A DNA stretch of 64,000 nucleotides from Vicinamibacterales bacterium (GTDB lineage: Bacteria; Acidobacteriota; Vicinamibacteria; Vicinamibacterales; JAMQPK01). Positions 9,673 through 19,499 of this stretch are shown here, piece by piece. The DNA is taken from contig CAWAPZ010000011.1 in NCBI GenBank assembly GCA_963784045.1, forward strand, positions 21,939 to 85,938, given 5' to 3'. How positions within the stretch are numbered: position 1 is the first letter of the stretch; each line of letters starts with the position of its first letter. The translations under genes were made by a program, and so were the position numbers. The notes under the pieces are model-generated. The model searched no databases. It worked only from the letters and a program-made list of their open reading frames with translations, and was not told the origin of the DNA.

Positions 9673-10506
9673 TTGGTACGACCGTTGCTCAGGCGCCGTA
9701 GTGCGCGTCTGCGTCGGAGGCTCCCAACCGTGGTTCAGAAATCTCCCATAAGCCTGAGCTGCGCGGCATTAGTGTTCGTGCTTTCGACGATTCCCGCTGA
9801 GGCCCAGCATCATCATGGAGGCGGCGGACATGTCACAGTCATTCCGCATTCGCCGCTTCTGTGGGGTGTGGGCTTCTACAGTCCCTATTATCCCGGCTTC
9901 GGTCCTTGGTATCCATATGCGTACGCGTATCTGCCTGGCGCCTACCCGAGCGACCCTGCTGTCTCCGTGCGGTTGCAGGTGACGCCGCGCGAAGCGTACG
10001 TCTTTGTCGACGGATACGCCGCGGGAATCGTGGACGACTACGACGGCGTCTTTCAGCGGTTGAGGCTCGTGCCGGGGCAGCACGAAATCGTCATCTATCA
10101 TCCCGGCCATCGCACGCTGCGGCAGCACATCTACTACAACCCGGGATCGACGCACACGATACGCCAGACTCTGAATCCGCTGGCTCCGGGAGAACCGCCG
10201 GAGCCACAGCCGGTGCCACGCACGTTCCCGACGATGTCCGGAATGCCAGCGCCTGTCGCCGGGAACCCTCCTGGGATCGCTCGCCTCGGAACGCTCGTGC
10301 TGCGCGTGCAGCCAGGCGACGCTTTGGTGCTCGTCGACGGCGAGCCGTGGCGAGGATCGCAGTCGCAGGACCGCCTGCTGATTCAACTCGCGGAAGGCGC
10401 GCATCGCGTGCGCGTCGAGAAAGACGGGTTTCAAACGTTCGCTGTCGAAGTGGACGTGCGGGCGGGCGAGACCGCCGGCTTCAACGTCAGCCTCCTGGCG
10501 CGGTGA
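9673..10506 (+). CDS. PEGA domain-containing secreted protein
   Basis: Two PEGA-like modules: VTPREAYVFVDGYAAG..LVPGQHEIVIYHPGHRT and VQPGDALVLVDGEPW..LAEGAHRVRVEKDGFQTF. The signal peptide is ..VFVLSTIPAEAQ. The true start may be GTG 9730. Confidence 0.75.
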   Translation: MVRPLLRRRSARLRRRLPTVVQKSPISLSCAALVFVLSTIPAEAQHHHGGGGHVTVIPHSPLLWGVGFYSPYYPGFGPWYPYAYAYLPGAYPSDPAVSVRLQVTPREAYVFVDGYAAGIVDDYDGVFQRLRLVPGQHEIVIYHPGHRTLRQHIYYNPGSTHTIRQTLNPLAPGEPPEPQPVPRTFPTMSGMPAPVAGNPPGIARLGTLVLRVQPGDALVLVDGEPWRGSQSQDRLLIQLAEGAHRVRVEKDGFQTFAVEVDVRAGETAGFNVSLLAR

Positions 10507-10555
10507 ACTATTCACCGTTGACCGTTCACCGTTAACGGCAAACAGCAAACAGATA
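10507..10555. repeat. Heptamer tandem array (ACCGTTN then ACAGCAA-type units)
   Basis: Units are actattc accgttg accgttc accgtta acggcaa acagcaa acagata. It starts on the base after the TGA at 10504-10506 and contains the palindrome ccgttaacgg. Confidence 0.8.
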
Positions 10556-10567
10556 TAATCGCGCCTT

Positions 10568-11860
10568 GTGAGTGCCACACACCACGTCTCAACAGGGCGC
10601 GATCTGCTCGACGATTGCGTCCACTGCGGTTTTTGCCTGCCGACTTGCCCGACCTACCTCCTGTGGGGGCAGGAAACCGACTCGCCTCGTGGCCGCATTC
10701 ACCTGATGAAACTGCGGCGCGACGGCCGCGAGACCGCCAGCGCCGGATTCGTTCGCCACATCGATACGTGCCTTGGCTGTATGGCCTGCGTCACAGCCTG
10801 TCCGTCGGGCGTGCAGTACGACTCTCTGCTCGAAGCCGCCCGCCCGCAGGTCGAACGTGATGCGAAACGCGGCGTCTGGGACCGGGCATTCCGGCGGCTG
10901 ATCTTCGCGATGTTTCCGCACCCCGGACGCCTGCGTGCGCTATCGGTGCCGCTCGGCCTGTATCAGAAGCTCGGCATCCAGCGGCTGGTGCATGCCTCCG
11001 GCGTCCTCACGCTTCTCCCGAAGCGTCTGCAGTCGATGGAGCGGCTGCTGCCGCCGATCACCTTTGGCGGAGCCGACCTGCCGGCACGAATTCCGGCTCA
11101 GGGTCCGCAGCGCAAACGCGTCGCGCTGCTGCTCGGGTGCGTGCAGCGGGTGTTCTTCCGGCACGTCAACGAAGCAACGGCCCGCGTACTGGCGGCCGAA
11201 GGCTGCGAAGTGATCGTCCCACAGGGGCAGGCCTGCTGCGGTGCGCTCGCGGAACACGCCGGCGAGGAAGCGGACGCCATGGCGGCCGCAAGAAAGCTCA
11301 TCGACGCATTCGACGCCGCCGATGCCGATACGATTGTCATCAATGCCGCCGGCTGCGGGTCCGCGATGAAGCGATACGGGCATCTGCTTCGCAACGACGC
11401 GGCGTACGCCGCGAAAGCCAGAGCGTTCGCTGCGAAGTGCAAGGACATTTCCGAAGTCCTGGCAGAACTCGAGCCGCGCGCGCCCCGGGGCACTGTTCGA
11501 CTGAGGGCCGCGTATCACGACGCGTGTCACCTGCAGCATGCGCAAGGTGTACGCGCGCAGCCGCGCCGCCTGCTGCAGTCGATCCCGGGTGTCGAGCTGC
11601 GGGAGATCCCCGAATCGGAGATCTGCTGCGGGTCTGCCGGCATCTACAACCTGTTGGAGCCGGATGCCGCAACGCAGCTTCGCGATCGGAAGGTGGGCAA
11701 TATTCTGAAAACCGACGCGGAAGCGATCGTGTCGGGCAATCCGGGGTGCCTGCTGCAGATCGCCACCGGGCTGGAGTCGGCGGGCAGGCCGTTGCGCATC
11801 ATGCACCTCGTCGAGGTCCTCGATGCATCCATCCGTGAGGCGGGGAATCGGGTGCAATAG
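10568..11860 (+). CDS. glcF: Glycolate oxidase iron-sulfur subunit
   Basis: Two ferredoxin-type clusters (CVHCGFCLPTCPTY and CLGCMACVTACPSGV), then CCG-type Cys-rich domains (CCGA, GCGS). Confidence 0.85.
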   Translation: MSATHHVSTGRDLLDDCVHCGFCLPTCPTYLLWGQETDSPRGRIHLMKLRRDGRETASAGFVRHIDTCLGCMACVTACPSGVQYDSLLEAARPQVERDAKRGVWDRAFRRLIFAMFPHPGRLRALSVPLGLYQKLGIQRLVHASGVLTLLPKRLQSMERLLPPITFGGADLPARIPAQGPQRKRVALLLGCVQRVFFRHVNEATARVLAAEGCEVIVPQGQACCGALAEHAGEEADAMAAARKLIDAFDAADADTIVINAAGCGSAMKRYGHLLRNDAAYAAKARAFAAKCKDISEVLAELEPRAPRGTVRLRAAYHDACHLQHAQGVRAQPRRLLQSIPGVELREIPESEICCGSAGIYNLLEPDAATQLRDRKVGNILKTDAEAIVSGNPGCLLQIATGLESAGRPLRIMHLVEVLDASIREAGNRVQ

Positions 11861-11908
11861 GCGGAGAGCACCGCCCGCTCATCACACTGCCGAACGGGTT
11901 CGAGTCAA

Positions 11909-13171
11909 ATGCCTGACACTCTAATTGCCGAGACAGCCATTTCCCTGCTGGGGCGCGACTCTGTTCGTCTTGGATCGCCGTCGGACGCGGTCGAAGGCGT
12001 CGTTCCATGCGTCGTCGTCCAACCCTCGTCCGGGGAGGCGCTCGGCGCGGCGCTCGAGTGGGCCTCGCGCTCAAAGCTGTGCGTGCAGGTGAGGGGCTCC
12101 GGCACCAAGCTGGGCTGGGGACCGGCGCCGCGGCAGGTGGACGTCCTGATTTCAACCGCGAGGCTCAATGCTGTTATTGCGCACCGCCATGGCGACTTGA
12201 CGGCCACGATTCAGGCCGGCGCGACGCTCAGGGACGTGAACCGAGTGCTCGCGATGCACCGCCAGTGGATTCCGCTCGATCCTCCATCAGCGGATCGCGC
12301 CACAATCGGCGGCATCGTAGCCACCAACGACAGCGGACCCCGGCGGCATCGATACGGATCGCCACGCGATCTGATCATCGGCATCGAGTTCGCGCGAGCC
12401 GACGGACGTCTTGCCAAGGGCGGCGGGATCGTCGTCAAGAACGTCGCCGGTTACGATCTCCCACGGCTGCTGACAGGCTCGTTTGGCAGCCTCGGCGTCA
12501 TCGTGACAGCGACGTTCAAGTTGTATCCGCTGACCGCAGCGTCGCGGACGCTGGTCGTTGAGTTGCCGAGCCCGTCCGATCTCGGCCTGCTCGCGTTGAA
12601 ACTGTCGGCGAGCCACCTGACGCCGACCGCGCTCGAATTCGCGAGCCATCCCTGGCGTCTGGTGATCAGGTTCGAATCGATCGAGGCTTCCGTCACGCAA
12701 CAATCCGAGACCGCAACGAAATTGATCGCGGAAAACGGATATCGAACGCAGACACTCTCGCCATCGGAAGAAGACCAGTACTGGCAAGGGCATGCGCAGC
12801 TCGCAGACGACGACCGCGGTGCATTGGTGAAGGTCAGCGTGGTTCCGACGGCCCTCGCGGAGACGTTAGCCGCCATCGAAGGGCTTGCCGGCAAGCACGG
12901 CTACATTGCCGCCGGCCGGGCGGGCGCCGGCGTGTTTCTCCTTCGAGTAACCGAAGAGGTGCAGCTGCAGAAGCGCGTCATCGACGGCCTGCGCGACGCG
13001 CTGCAGATTGGGAGAGGCAGCGCTGTTATCGTCAAAGGCTCTCCCGAGCTGAAGGAGCGTGTCGATATCTGGGGCCCGATTGGAGACGGCCTTGCCGTGA
13101 TGAAAGCCGTCAAGCAGCAGTTCGATCCCGCCGGAATCCTGAGTCCGGGAAGGGGACCAGGAGGACTTTAG
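11909..13171 (+). CDS. glcE: Glycolate oxidase FAD-binding subunit
   Basis: FAD-binding PCMH-type domain (RGSGTKLGWG..IGGIVATNDSGPRR..KNVAGYDL) immediately downstream of glcF. Confidence 0.7.
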   Translation: MPDTLIAETAISLLGRDSVRLGSPSDAVEGVVPCVVVQPSSGEALGAALEWASRSKLCVQVRGSGTKLGWGPAPRQVDVLISTARLNAVIAHRHGDLTATIQAGATLRDVNRVLAMHRQWIPLDPPSADRATIGGIVATNDSGPRRHRYGSPRDLIIGIEFARADGRLAKGGGIVVKNVAGYDLPRLLTGSFGSLGVIVTATFKLYPLTAASRTLVVELPSPSDLGLLALKLSASHLTPTALEFASHPWRLVIRFESIEASVTQQSETATKLIAENGYRTQTLSPSEEDQYWQGHAQLADDDRGALVKVSVVPTALAETLAAIEGLAGKHGYIAAGRAGAGVFLLRVTEEVQLQKRVIDGLRDALQIGRGSAVIVKGSPELKERVDIWGPIGDGLAVMKAVKQQFDPAGILSPGRGPGGL

Positions 13172-13268
13172 AAACGAAAATCGAAAATCGAAAACGAAAG
13201 TTGCGCTTCCGGTATCCAGCTACGGTGCTGCTCTTTCGGTTTTCGTTTTTGTTCTTCGCTTTTCGTTA
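13172..13268. repeat. Opposed heptamer blocks forming a long hairpin candidate between glcE and glcD
   Basis: Left block (13172-13199): aaacgaa aatcgaa aatcgaa aacgaaa. Right block (13234-13268): tttcggt tttcgtt tttgttc ttcgctt ttcgtta. It starts on the base after the glcE TAG, and the last unit overlaps the glcD stop. Confidence 0.85.
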
Positions 13269-14717
13269 CATCCTATCCGCCAACCCTGCTTTCTCTGCCG
13301 GATGCTGCCGGTAGGGGCCCGGCACTTCACCACACATCCGGGGCGTAGGAAAGACCTTCCCCGGATTACAGATGCCGGCCGGGTCGAACGCGCCCCGCAG
13401 CAGCTGCATCGTGTCGAGATCGGCGTCCGAAAACATCTTTGCCATCGACGCCGACTTGTCGGCGCCGACGCCGTGCTCTCCCGTGATCGATCCGCCGGCC
13501 TCGATGCAGTACATCAGGATTTCCGAGGCGACTTTTTCCGCGAGCTCTCCCTGCCCGGGCACGTGCTCGTCGTAGCAGATGAGCGGGTGAAGGTTCCCGT
13601 CTCCCGCATGGAACACGTTGCCAATGCGTAGCCCCGAGCGCTCTTCGAGCGCGCGAATGCGCGCGAGCACCTCGCCCAGCTTCGTCCGGGGAATCACACC
13701 GTCCTGCACGTAGTAATTCGGCGACACGCGGCCCATCGCGGCGAACGCCGCCTTGCGGCCCTTCCAGATGCGCGCACGCTCGTCGTTGTTGCGGGCGATC
13801 AGAATTTCAGTGCCTCCGGTGCGATAGCAGATCGCTTCGACAAGCTCGAACTGCCCATCGACCTCGGACTGCGCGCCGTCCAGCTCGACAATGAGCACCG
13901 CTTCGGCCTTCGGAAAATTCGGATGCACGGCGGCCTCGGCGGCTTCCACCGTCAACCTGTCCATCATTTCGACCGCCGCTGGAATGATCCCTGCCGAGAT
14001 GATCTCCGACACTGCGGCTCCCGCCGCCTCCGTCGACGCGAACGCGGCGAGAATCGTCTTGACGGTCTCAGCCACACGCACGATCCTCAACGTCACCTTA
14101 GTGACGACCGCCAGCGTGCCCTCAGAGCCGACGAGCGCGCCGAGCACGTCGATGCCGGGCGCGTCGAGCGCGGGTCCACCAAGGTGGATCATCTCGCCGT
14201 TGGGCAGGACTGCTTCGACGCCGAGTACGTGATGAACAGTAAAGCCATACTTCAGGCAGTGCGCGCCGCCGGAATTTTCCGCGACATTGCCGCCAATCGA
14301 GCAAATCAGCTGGCTCGACGGATCCGGGGCGTAGTAGTAGCCGTGTGGCGCGACGCGTCTCGTCACATCCAGGTTGATCACGCCAGGCTCGACGGTGATG
14401 CGTTGATTCGGGATGTCGACGTCGATGATGCGGTTGAGCCGCGACAGTCCAATCAAGACGCCGTCAGGGCGCGGAAGCGCACCGCCCGACAGGCCGGTGC
14501 CGTGGCCGCGCGCGATGAACGGAATCTTCTGCGCGTGGCACAGACGGACGATCTCCTGTACTTCGTGCCCCGTGGCCGGGAGGACGACGCACCCAGGTTT
14601 CGCCTTCAACCGTGCGAGCCCGTCCGACTCATAGGTCAGAAGCTCGTCGGGATCGCGAAGGATGCCCGCCGCTCCGACGATACGCTCGAGGCCGTTGATG
14701 AAGTCGATGCTCAACAT
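13266..14717 (-). CDS. glcD: Glycolate oxidase subunit GlcD (FAD-linked oxidase)
   Basis: 483 aa with ARGHGTGLSGGALP, an FAD_binding_4 domain and an FAD-oxidase C-terminal domain. Confidence 0.85.
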   Translation of the reverse strand: MLSIDFINGLERIVGAAGILRDPDELLTYESDGLARLKAKPGCVVLPATGHEVQEIVRLCHAQKIPFIARGHGTGLSGGALPRPDGVLIGLSRLNRIIDVDIPNQRITVEPGVINLDVTRRVAPHGYYYAPDPSSQLICSIGGNVAENSGGAHCLKYGFTVHHVLGVEAVLPNGEMIHLGGPALDAPGIDVLGALVGSEGTLAVVTKVTLRIVRVAETVKTILAAFASTEAAGAAVSEIISAGIIPAAVEMMDRLTVEAAEAAVHPNFPKAEAVLIVELDGAQSEVDGQFELVEAICYRTGGTEILIARNNDERARIWKGRKAAFAAMGRVSPNYYVQDGVIPRTKLGEVLARIRALEERSGLRIGNVFHAGDGNLHPLICYDEHVPGQGELAEKVASEILMYCIEAGGSITGEHGVGADKSASMAKMFSDADLDTMQLLRGAFDPAGICNPGKVFPTPRMCGEVPGPYRQHPAEKAGLADRM

Positions 14718-14746
14718 GGGATCGGTTGGTATCGTAGCATGAGCGA

Positions 14747-15463
14747 TTAACGCTTGAGCTCAGCAAGCCGGCGTTCGGCATCTCTGAGTGCCTGTTCGGC
14801 TTTTCTTATCTCGCGCTCGCGTTTCTCTCGTTCCTTCCGTGCCTTCTCTTCTTCTTTTCGCGCCCGGACCTCGGCCTCCTTTTGGCGCGCCTGTTCCAGC
14901 TTCATCAGCCGCAGCTCTTCGCGGGTCGGACCGGTGGAGGTCGTCGCTGGTCGTTGCTCGCGCATGCTTTGCTTCACGTCGAGACGGCGGGGTCTTACCC
15001 CTGTCAATAGACTGAAACCGGCGGGTGGCGGCTCGCGAGTCAGGCGTCCAGGCCGTTCATCAGTCGGCATCGCCGCAAGTGTGCGGCGCACCGCGTCGCG
15101 CACGGCATCAGTGAGCGGCGCTCCGTGTTTCTCCGCGTTCGCTGCGGCTTTGACGAGCGCCTTCTCCAGCGTCGTGCGGTGCAGTTCGTCCGGCGCGCGG
15201 GTGTCGACCTTCTTGCCGCTCAGCGCAGCGCGATGTGCGCTCCGGAGCTTCTCCGATGCGTCGACTAGCGCCTTGTAGGTGGCGGGATCGCGCCAGTACA
15301 GTTGATTGACGATCGACATTGCCACCGACGGTTTGACAAGGGACGAGACGGCCTTCTTGTCATTGCCTGAGAGCGTCTTCGCAAGCGCGTTGCGCGCTTT
15401 CGTGAACTCGTCCAGGGGTAGCTGGTAGATCTCGTCGATTTGCGATTCGAGCTTCGAGTTCAT
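14747..15463 (-). CDS. Hypothetical protein with a C-terminal Lys/Glu/Arg coiled coil
   Basis: ATG at 15463 lies 1 nt after the ybaL TGA (gtg tga g atg). Sequence runs MNSKLESQIDEIYQLPLDEFTKARN.. and ends in ..KEAEVRARKEEEKARKEREKREREIRKAEQALRDAERRLAELKR. I recognise no family. Confidence 0.6.
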   Translation of the reverse strand: MNSKLESQIDEIYQLPLDEFTKARNALAKTLSGNDKKAVSSLVKPSVAMSIVNQLYWRDPATYKALVDASEKLRSAHRAALSGKKVDTRAPDELHRTTLEKALVKAAANAEKHGAPLTDAVRDAVRRTLAAMPTDERPGRLTREPPPAGFSLLTGVRPRRLDVKQSMREQRPATTSTGPTREELRLMKLEQARQKEAEVRARKEEEKARKEREKREREIRKAEQALRDAERRLAELKR

Positions 15464-15464
15464 C

Positions 15465-17216
15465 TCACACCCGCGACGGCGCCGCTTCCGGCTGCCGGCC
15501 GAACAGTTCGCGGTGTGCGCGGCTGCGCTCGCGATCGATTTGTTCCGCGGTCGCGCCAAGCCGTTCGAGAATCGTCTCGATCAGGCCGAGCGCCACTTCG
15601 CCTTCACCCGTGAACACCCGATCGGCGCCGGCTTTCTGCATGTCGGAGAGATCTCGAAGATACGCCGCGCGGGCCAGCACCTGTATCTTGGGGTTCAGCT
15701 CGCGAGCCATCCGAATCACCTCGGCGGCATCGCCCATCCCAGCTGACGTGAGAATCAGCCACCCGGCATGCGCGACACCCGCCGCTTCGAGAGTGTCCTG
15801 CTTGGTCGCATCGCCGTACACGGCGTCGCTGCCTTCTTCGCGAAGCCGGCGTACCGTGTCCATATTGAGCTCGACGACCGCGGATTCGATGCCGTTGTCG
15901 CGAAGCAGGCGGACGACGGTGCGGCCAGTGGGACCATAGCCGACGATGACTGCGCGCCGGGCCGGATCGGGCCTTCGTTCCACGTGTGCGCCGGCTGCGT
16001 CTTCGCGAAGGGGCGGGTTCAAAAGCTTCCAGAGCCGCGGATGGGTGGCAGCCCACCTGTCCACGTGCGCGACCGTGCGGTACAGAATCGGGTTGAGAAC
16101 GATTGAGACAATCGATGCGGCGACGAGCGTATGGGTCGCTTCCGCCGGCAGGATGCCGAGCTCACGGCCCATACTGGAAAGAATGAAGGAGAACTCGCCG
16201 ATTTGGGCAAGAGCAACGGCGATGGACAGCGCCACCTTGAAGGGATAACCGAGCAGCCGGACGATGACGATCGCGACCAGCGGCTTGCCGATCATCACCA
16301 CGGCAAGGGTTGCAAGGATGACCCCTGGCGCATCGAGTACGTATTGCGGCGACAGGAGCATGCCGACGGCGACGAAGAACAGCACTGCAAACGCATCACG
16401 CATCGGCAGCGCGTCCGAAGCTGCGCGCAGGCTGTAGTCGGAGCGGCCGACGACGAGCCCGGCGAGAAACGCGCCAAGCGCCATCGACACGCCAAACACA
16501 CTGGCGGAACCGACTGCAATGCCTAGCGCCAAGGTCAGAACAGCCAGCGTGAAGAGCTCGCGCGACCCGGTGTCAGCCACCCGATCCAGCACGTATGGGA
16601 TGACCCGCGTGCCGACCGCAGCCGTGAAGCCGACGAGGAGCACGACCTTCAGCGCCGTGATTCCCAGCGCGGCGACGATGCTGGATTCAGATCCCCCATC
16701 CGCGAACAGCACTGGCAGGAGAACGAGCGCGAGCACGGTGAACAGGTCTTCGACAACCAGCCACCCCACGGCGACGTGCCCGGTGGGCGTGTGCAGGTCG
16801 CGATGGTCGGCGAGCACGCGGATCAGCACAACCGTGCTCGCGACCGCGAGCGCCATGCCGAAAACGATGCCAGCCGCCCAACTCCAGCCAAACAGGCGCG
16901 CGATGACGGCTCCGAGCGCCGTGGCGGCTGCGCTCTGCGCGATCGCCCCGGGAATGGCGACGCGCCGCACGGCAAGCAATTCTTCCACGTGGAACTGAAG
17001 GCCCACGCCGAACATCAAGAGGATGACCCCGACCTCGGCGAGTTGTTCGGCGATCTCCGCGTTGGCGACAAACCCGGGAGTATGCGGGCCAACCAGCGTG
17101 CCGGCAATGAGGTAGCCGACGATAGGGGAGAGCCCGGCGCGTTGCGTGAGGTAACCCAGGATCAAGGCGGCCGTAAAGCCGCCCGCAAGCGTCAGGATCA
17201 GATCCAGGTTGTGCAC
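15465..17216 (-). CDS. ybaL: CPA2-family cation:proton antiporter with a C-terminal RCK/TrkA-N domain (YbaL/KefB-like)
   Basis: Collinear by eye with E. coli YbaL (GLSPIVGYLIAGTLVGPHTPGF..VGVILLMFGVGLQFH..IGEFSFIL). The Rossmann motif is VIVGYGPTGR. Confidence 0.9.
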   Translation of the reverse strand: MHNLDLILTLAGGFTAALILGYLTQRAGLSPIVGYLIAGTLVGPHTPGFVANAEIAEQLAEVGVILLMFGVGLQFHVEELLAVRRVAIPGAIAQSAAATALGAVIARLFGWSWAAGIVFGMALAVASTVVLIRVLADHRDLHTPTGHVAVGWLVVEDLFTVLALVLLPVLFADGGSESSIVAALGITALKVVLLVGFTAAVGTRVIPYVLDRVADTGSRELFTLAVLTLALGIAVGSASVFGVSMALGAFLAGLVVGRSDYSLRAASDALPMRDAFAVLFFVAVGMLLSPQYVLDAPGVILATLAVVMIGKPLVAIVIVRLLGYPFKVALSIAVALAQIGEFSFILSSMGRELGILPAEATHTLVAASIVSIVLNPILYRTVAHVDRWAATHPRLWKLLNPPLREDAAGAHVERRPDPARRAVIVGYGPTGRTVVRLLRDNGIESAVVELNMDTVRRLREEGSDAVYGDATKQDTLEAAGVAHAGWLILTSAGMGDAAEVIRMARELNPKIQVLARAAYLRDLSDMQKAGADRVFTGEGEVALGLIETILERLGATAEQIDRERSRAHRELFGRQPEAAPSRV

Positions 17217-17228
17217 GAACCGATCGTA

Positions 17229-18177
17229 CTACGCCGCCTTGCGCGTCTCTTCGCGAAGGACGCGCTTGTACCACCACGAGGTGAGCAGGGGAGTGAGGAT
17301 GGCGGTGACAATGACCGACGCGGCGACCTGCACCGTGGCCGCTTCGGCAACAGGCGCATAGGTCGTGTCTGCCATGGCGACGGCCTTGGGGACGGCCGCT
17401 GAATTGCCGGCAGTGCTCGATGCCGCAGCGCCGGCGATGCCGCTGCCGCCGAGCAGCCTGTCGGCAATGATGCAGACGAACCCGGTCACGACAACCACGG
17501 TGATGCCGAGGACAACGCCCGGCAACCCTGCAGTAACTACAGACTTCAGGTTGATTGTCTGGCCCAGGGTGAATGCCATGAACGGCACGATGATAGGCTC
17601 GTGCGATCCAAAAAACTGCTTGATGTCGTCGTCGAGGTTGCCGAGCACCGCCCCGGCGAGTATGGGAGCAATCACCGAGAGCATCGTCAGCCACGGAATC
17701 ACGGCGAGTCCGGCGCCTACGAAAATTAGCATCGTCAGAAACGGGCCCGTCTCGATGCTCTGCATGACGTACGTGCCCGAATCCTCCTTGCTTCCCATGA
17801 CGCTGGTGAGCGCCAGGAACATCCCGCCGTTGGTGTCGCTCATGGCCACCATCACGGCCAGTGTGCTCAGCCCAAGGACGCTGCCCCCGAAGTAGTTGGC
17901 TATCGCCAGCGCGAAGACCGTTGCAGTACCCGACTTTAGCCGCCAAAATGCCGCCGCCCCTCAGCAGCATGCGCGGCGCGGCGCGGAAGGTCATTTTCGT
18001 GCCCACCGTAAAGAGGTACATCCCCAAAACCGTCGGGTAACCGGCTCCGGTTAATGCCTGAGTGAACCCGCCGATCCGCAATAAGTCCGGAAAGAACGTA
18101 TTGAGGACCATGCCCAGGAAGAGCGGCACCACCATCAGCCCGCCCGGCACGCTGTTGACCGACTTGAGGATTTTCAT
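17229..18177 (-). pseudogene. kdgT: 2-keto-3-deoxygluconate permease KdgT, frameshifted near 17927-17931
   Basis: The N-terminus MKILKSVNSVPGGLMVVPLFLGM..GGGILAAKVG is the first ~83 aa of ORF 16687..18177. The protein continues in another frame as ..TATVFALAIANYFGGSVLGLSTLAVMVAMSDTNGG.. (ORF 17229..17855). One extra base lies in gtcgggtactgca. Confidence 0.8.
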
Positions 18178-18342
18178 GGGGGCCTATTCTACTTGCGCCG
18201 AAGTCGAGAAGAAAACCGAGTCACCGCCTCCCGCGATAGCTGCGCTTCGCCACATGGGCGTCTGGCTGCTGCTCGACGGCCTTCCTTACATCGACAAGTT
18301 TGTCTTCTTCCACCTGGCTGCAGGGCCTTGCTAGGGCGTAAC

Positions 18343-18744
18343 ATGGTACTTGGATTCATGACGAAGCGACGCGCGCTGCTGACAGGGATGCTCTGTGTGC
18401 TGGTAGCCGCAGCGGTAATCGCTGCGGATCGCCAGTGGCAGAGTGCGATCTGGCGGGATACGAAGATCGAGCGGCCGAAAGTGATGTTCGGCGTGCAATC
18501 GCGCGACCCGAATAGCAACGTGCCTCAGTCGGCTGTCGCACGCGAGATCCGCACGTTCGTCATCGAGACCAGTACCCACACCCTCGAGCTCAGGCAGGAC
18601 GCGACGGTCGACACACCGCACATCGACGTACTTCCGGGGCAGACGGTGCGCATTGCGATTGAAAAAAAAACCGTCTATGTGAAGGACGGCCTGGGCAGGG
18701 AACACAAGCTGAGCCTGCGTAAGCAGACGCCGCTAGATCAGTAA
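18343..18744 (+). CDS. Small exported hypothetical protein
   Basis: An internal ATG gives MVLGFMTKRRALLTGMLCVLVAAAVIAA (signal/anchor). There is no recognisable domain. Confidence 0.5.
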   Translation: MVLGFMTKRRALLTGMLCVLVAAAVIAADRQWQSAIWRDTKIERPKVMFGVQSRDPNSNVPQSAVAREIRTFVIETSTHTLELRQDATVDTPHIDVLPGQTVRIAIEKKTVYVKDGLGREHKLSLRKQTPLDQ

Positions 18745-18850
18745 AGAAAGCGGGCTCTCAGCGCCGTCGGCGGCGATTGAACAGCGCGACGCGGATCAGG
18801 AACAGCAATCCAAATATGGCCACAATGGCCAGAACCGCCCGCCCCACCGC

Positions 18851-19432
18851 TCAGGCCTTTCCGCTCTTTTTCAACTCCTCGCTGATGTGCGCGAGAATCT
18901 GCCGCTCTTCATCCGACACCGCGCGAAATCCAACGATGCCGCCCGATGCGGTGGCAATGGCGCTGGCGAGCGCCAGCAGATCCTTTTCGCTCGCGGCGCG
19001 TGCATCATCCGGCTGGGCCTGAAGGATCGTGCGGATGGCGCGGAGCGTTTTTTCGAACAGCTCGTCGGATGGCCGCTGCGCCAGCCATAAATCGAGCTGC
19101 TGATCCGCCGGCGAGCCTGCCGTGATGCCGCGAGAGCGCGCGGCCTTGACGATGAGGTCACGCTCTTTCTGCGTGACACCACCCTCGGCCCACGCGGTCT
19201 GAACGAGCGGCACCAGGTGGAGAAGCATCACCGTTTCCGGCGTGTACCCGAGCTCCTGAAGATCGCGCAGCACGTCGTCGTCACCGACGCCGGTCTCCTG
19301 GCCGAGCCGCCGCCGCTGCTCTTCACCCGCGGCCCGTACACGCATCTTCTCGATGAGCTCTCGTTCCTTGCGGTGAAAGTACTCCTCCTCCAACGATCGG
19401 CCCCGTTCGGCGAACGCGTCTCTGTCAGTCAC
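18851..19432 (-). CDS. TerB-like (tellurite-resistance-fold) domain protein
   Basis: Two repeats of the type LVPLVQTAWAEGGVTQKERDLI / LASAIATASGGIVGFRAVSDEERQIL resemble TerB/DjlA-N-type helical repeats. See the finding about the in-frame extension after the TGA. Confidence 0.5.
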   Translation of the reverse strand: MTDRDAFAERGRSLEEEYFHRKERELIEKMRVRAAGEEQRRRLGQETGVGDDDVLRDLQELGYTPETVMLLHLVPLVQTAWAEGGVTQKERDLIVKAARSRGITAGSPADQQLDLWLAQRPSDELFEKTLRAIRTILQAQPDDARAASEKDLLALASAIATASGGIVGFRAVSDEERQILAHISEELKKSGKA

Positions 19433-19499
19433 GATGATCTCCTGCGCCGATCATATCGGAAGTCGCGGGAGGTAGCAGCCTGCCACGATGACGCGGCAC

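Noticed and set aside
16687-18177. 496-aa minus-strand ORF spanning kdgT and ybaL
   Set aside because: Only its first ~83 codons are real (the KdgT N-terminus). After the frameshift it reads out of frame through kdgT and into ybaL.
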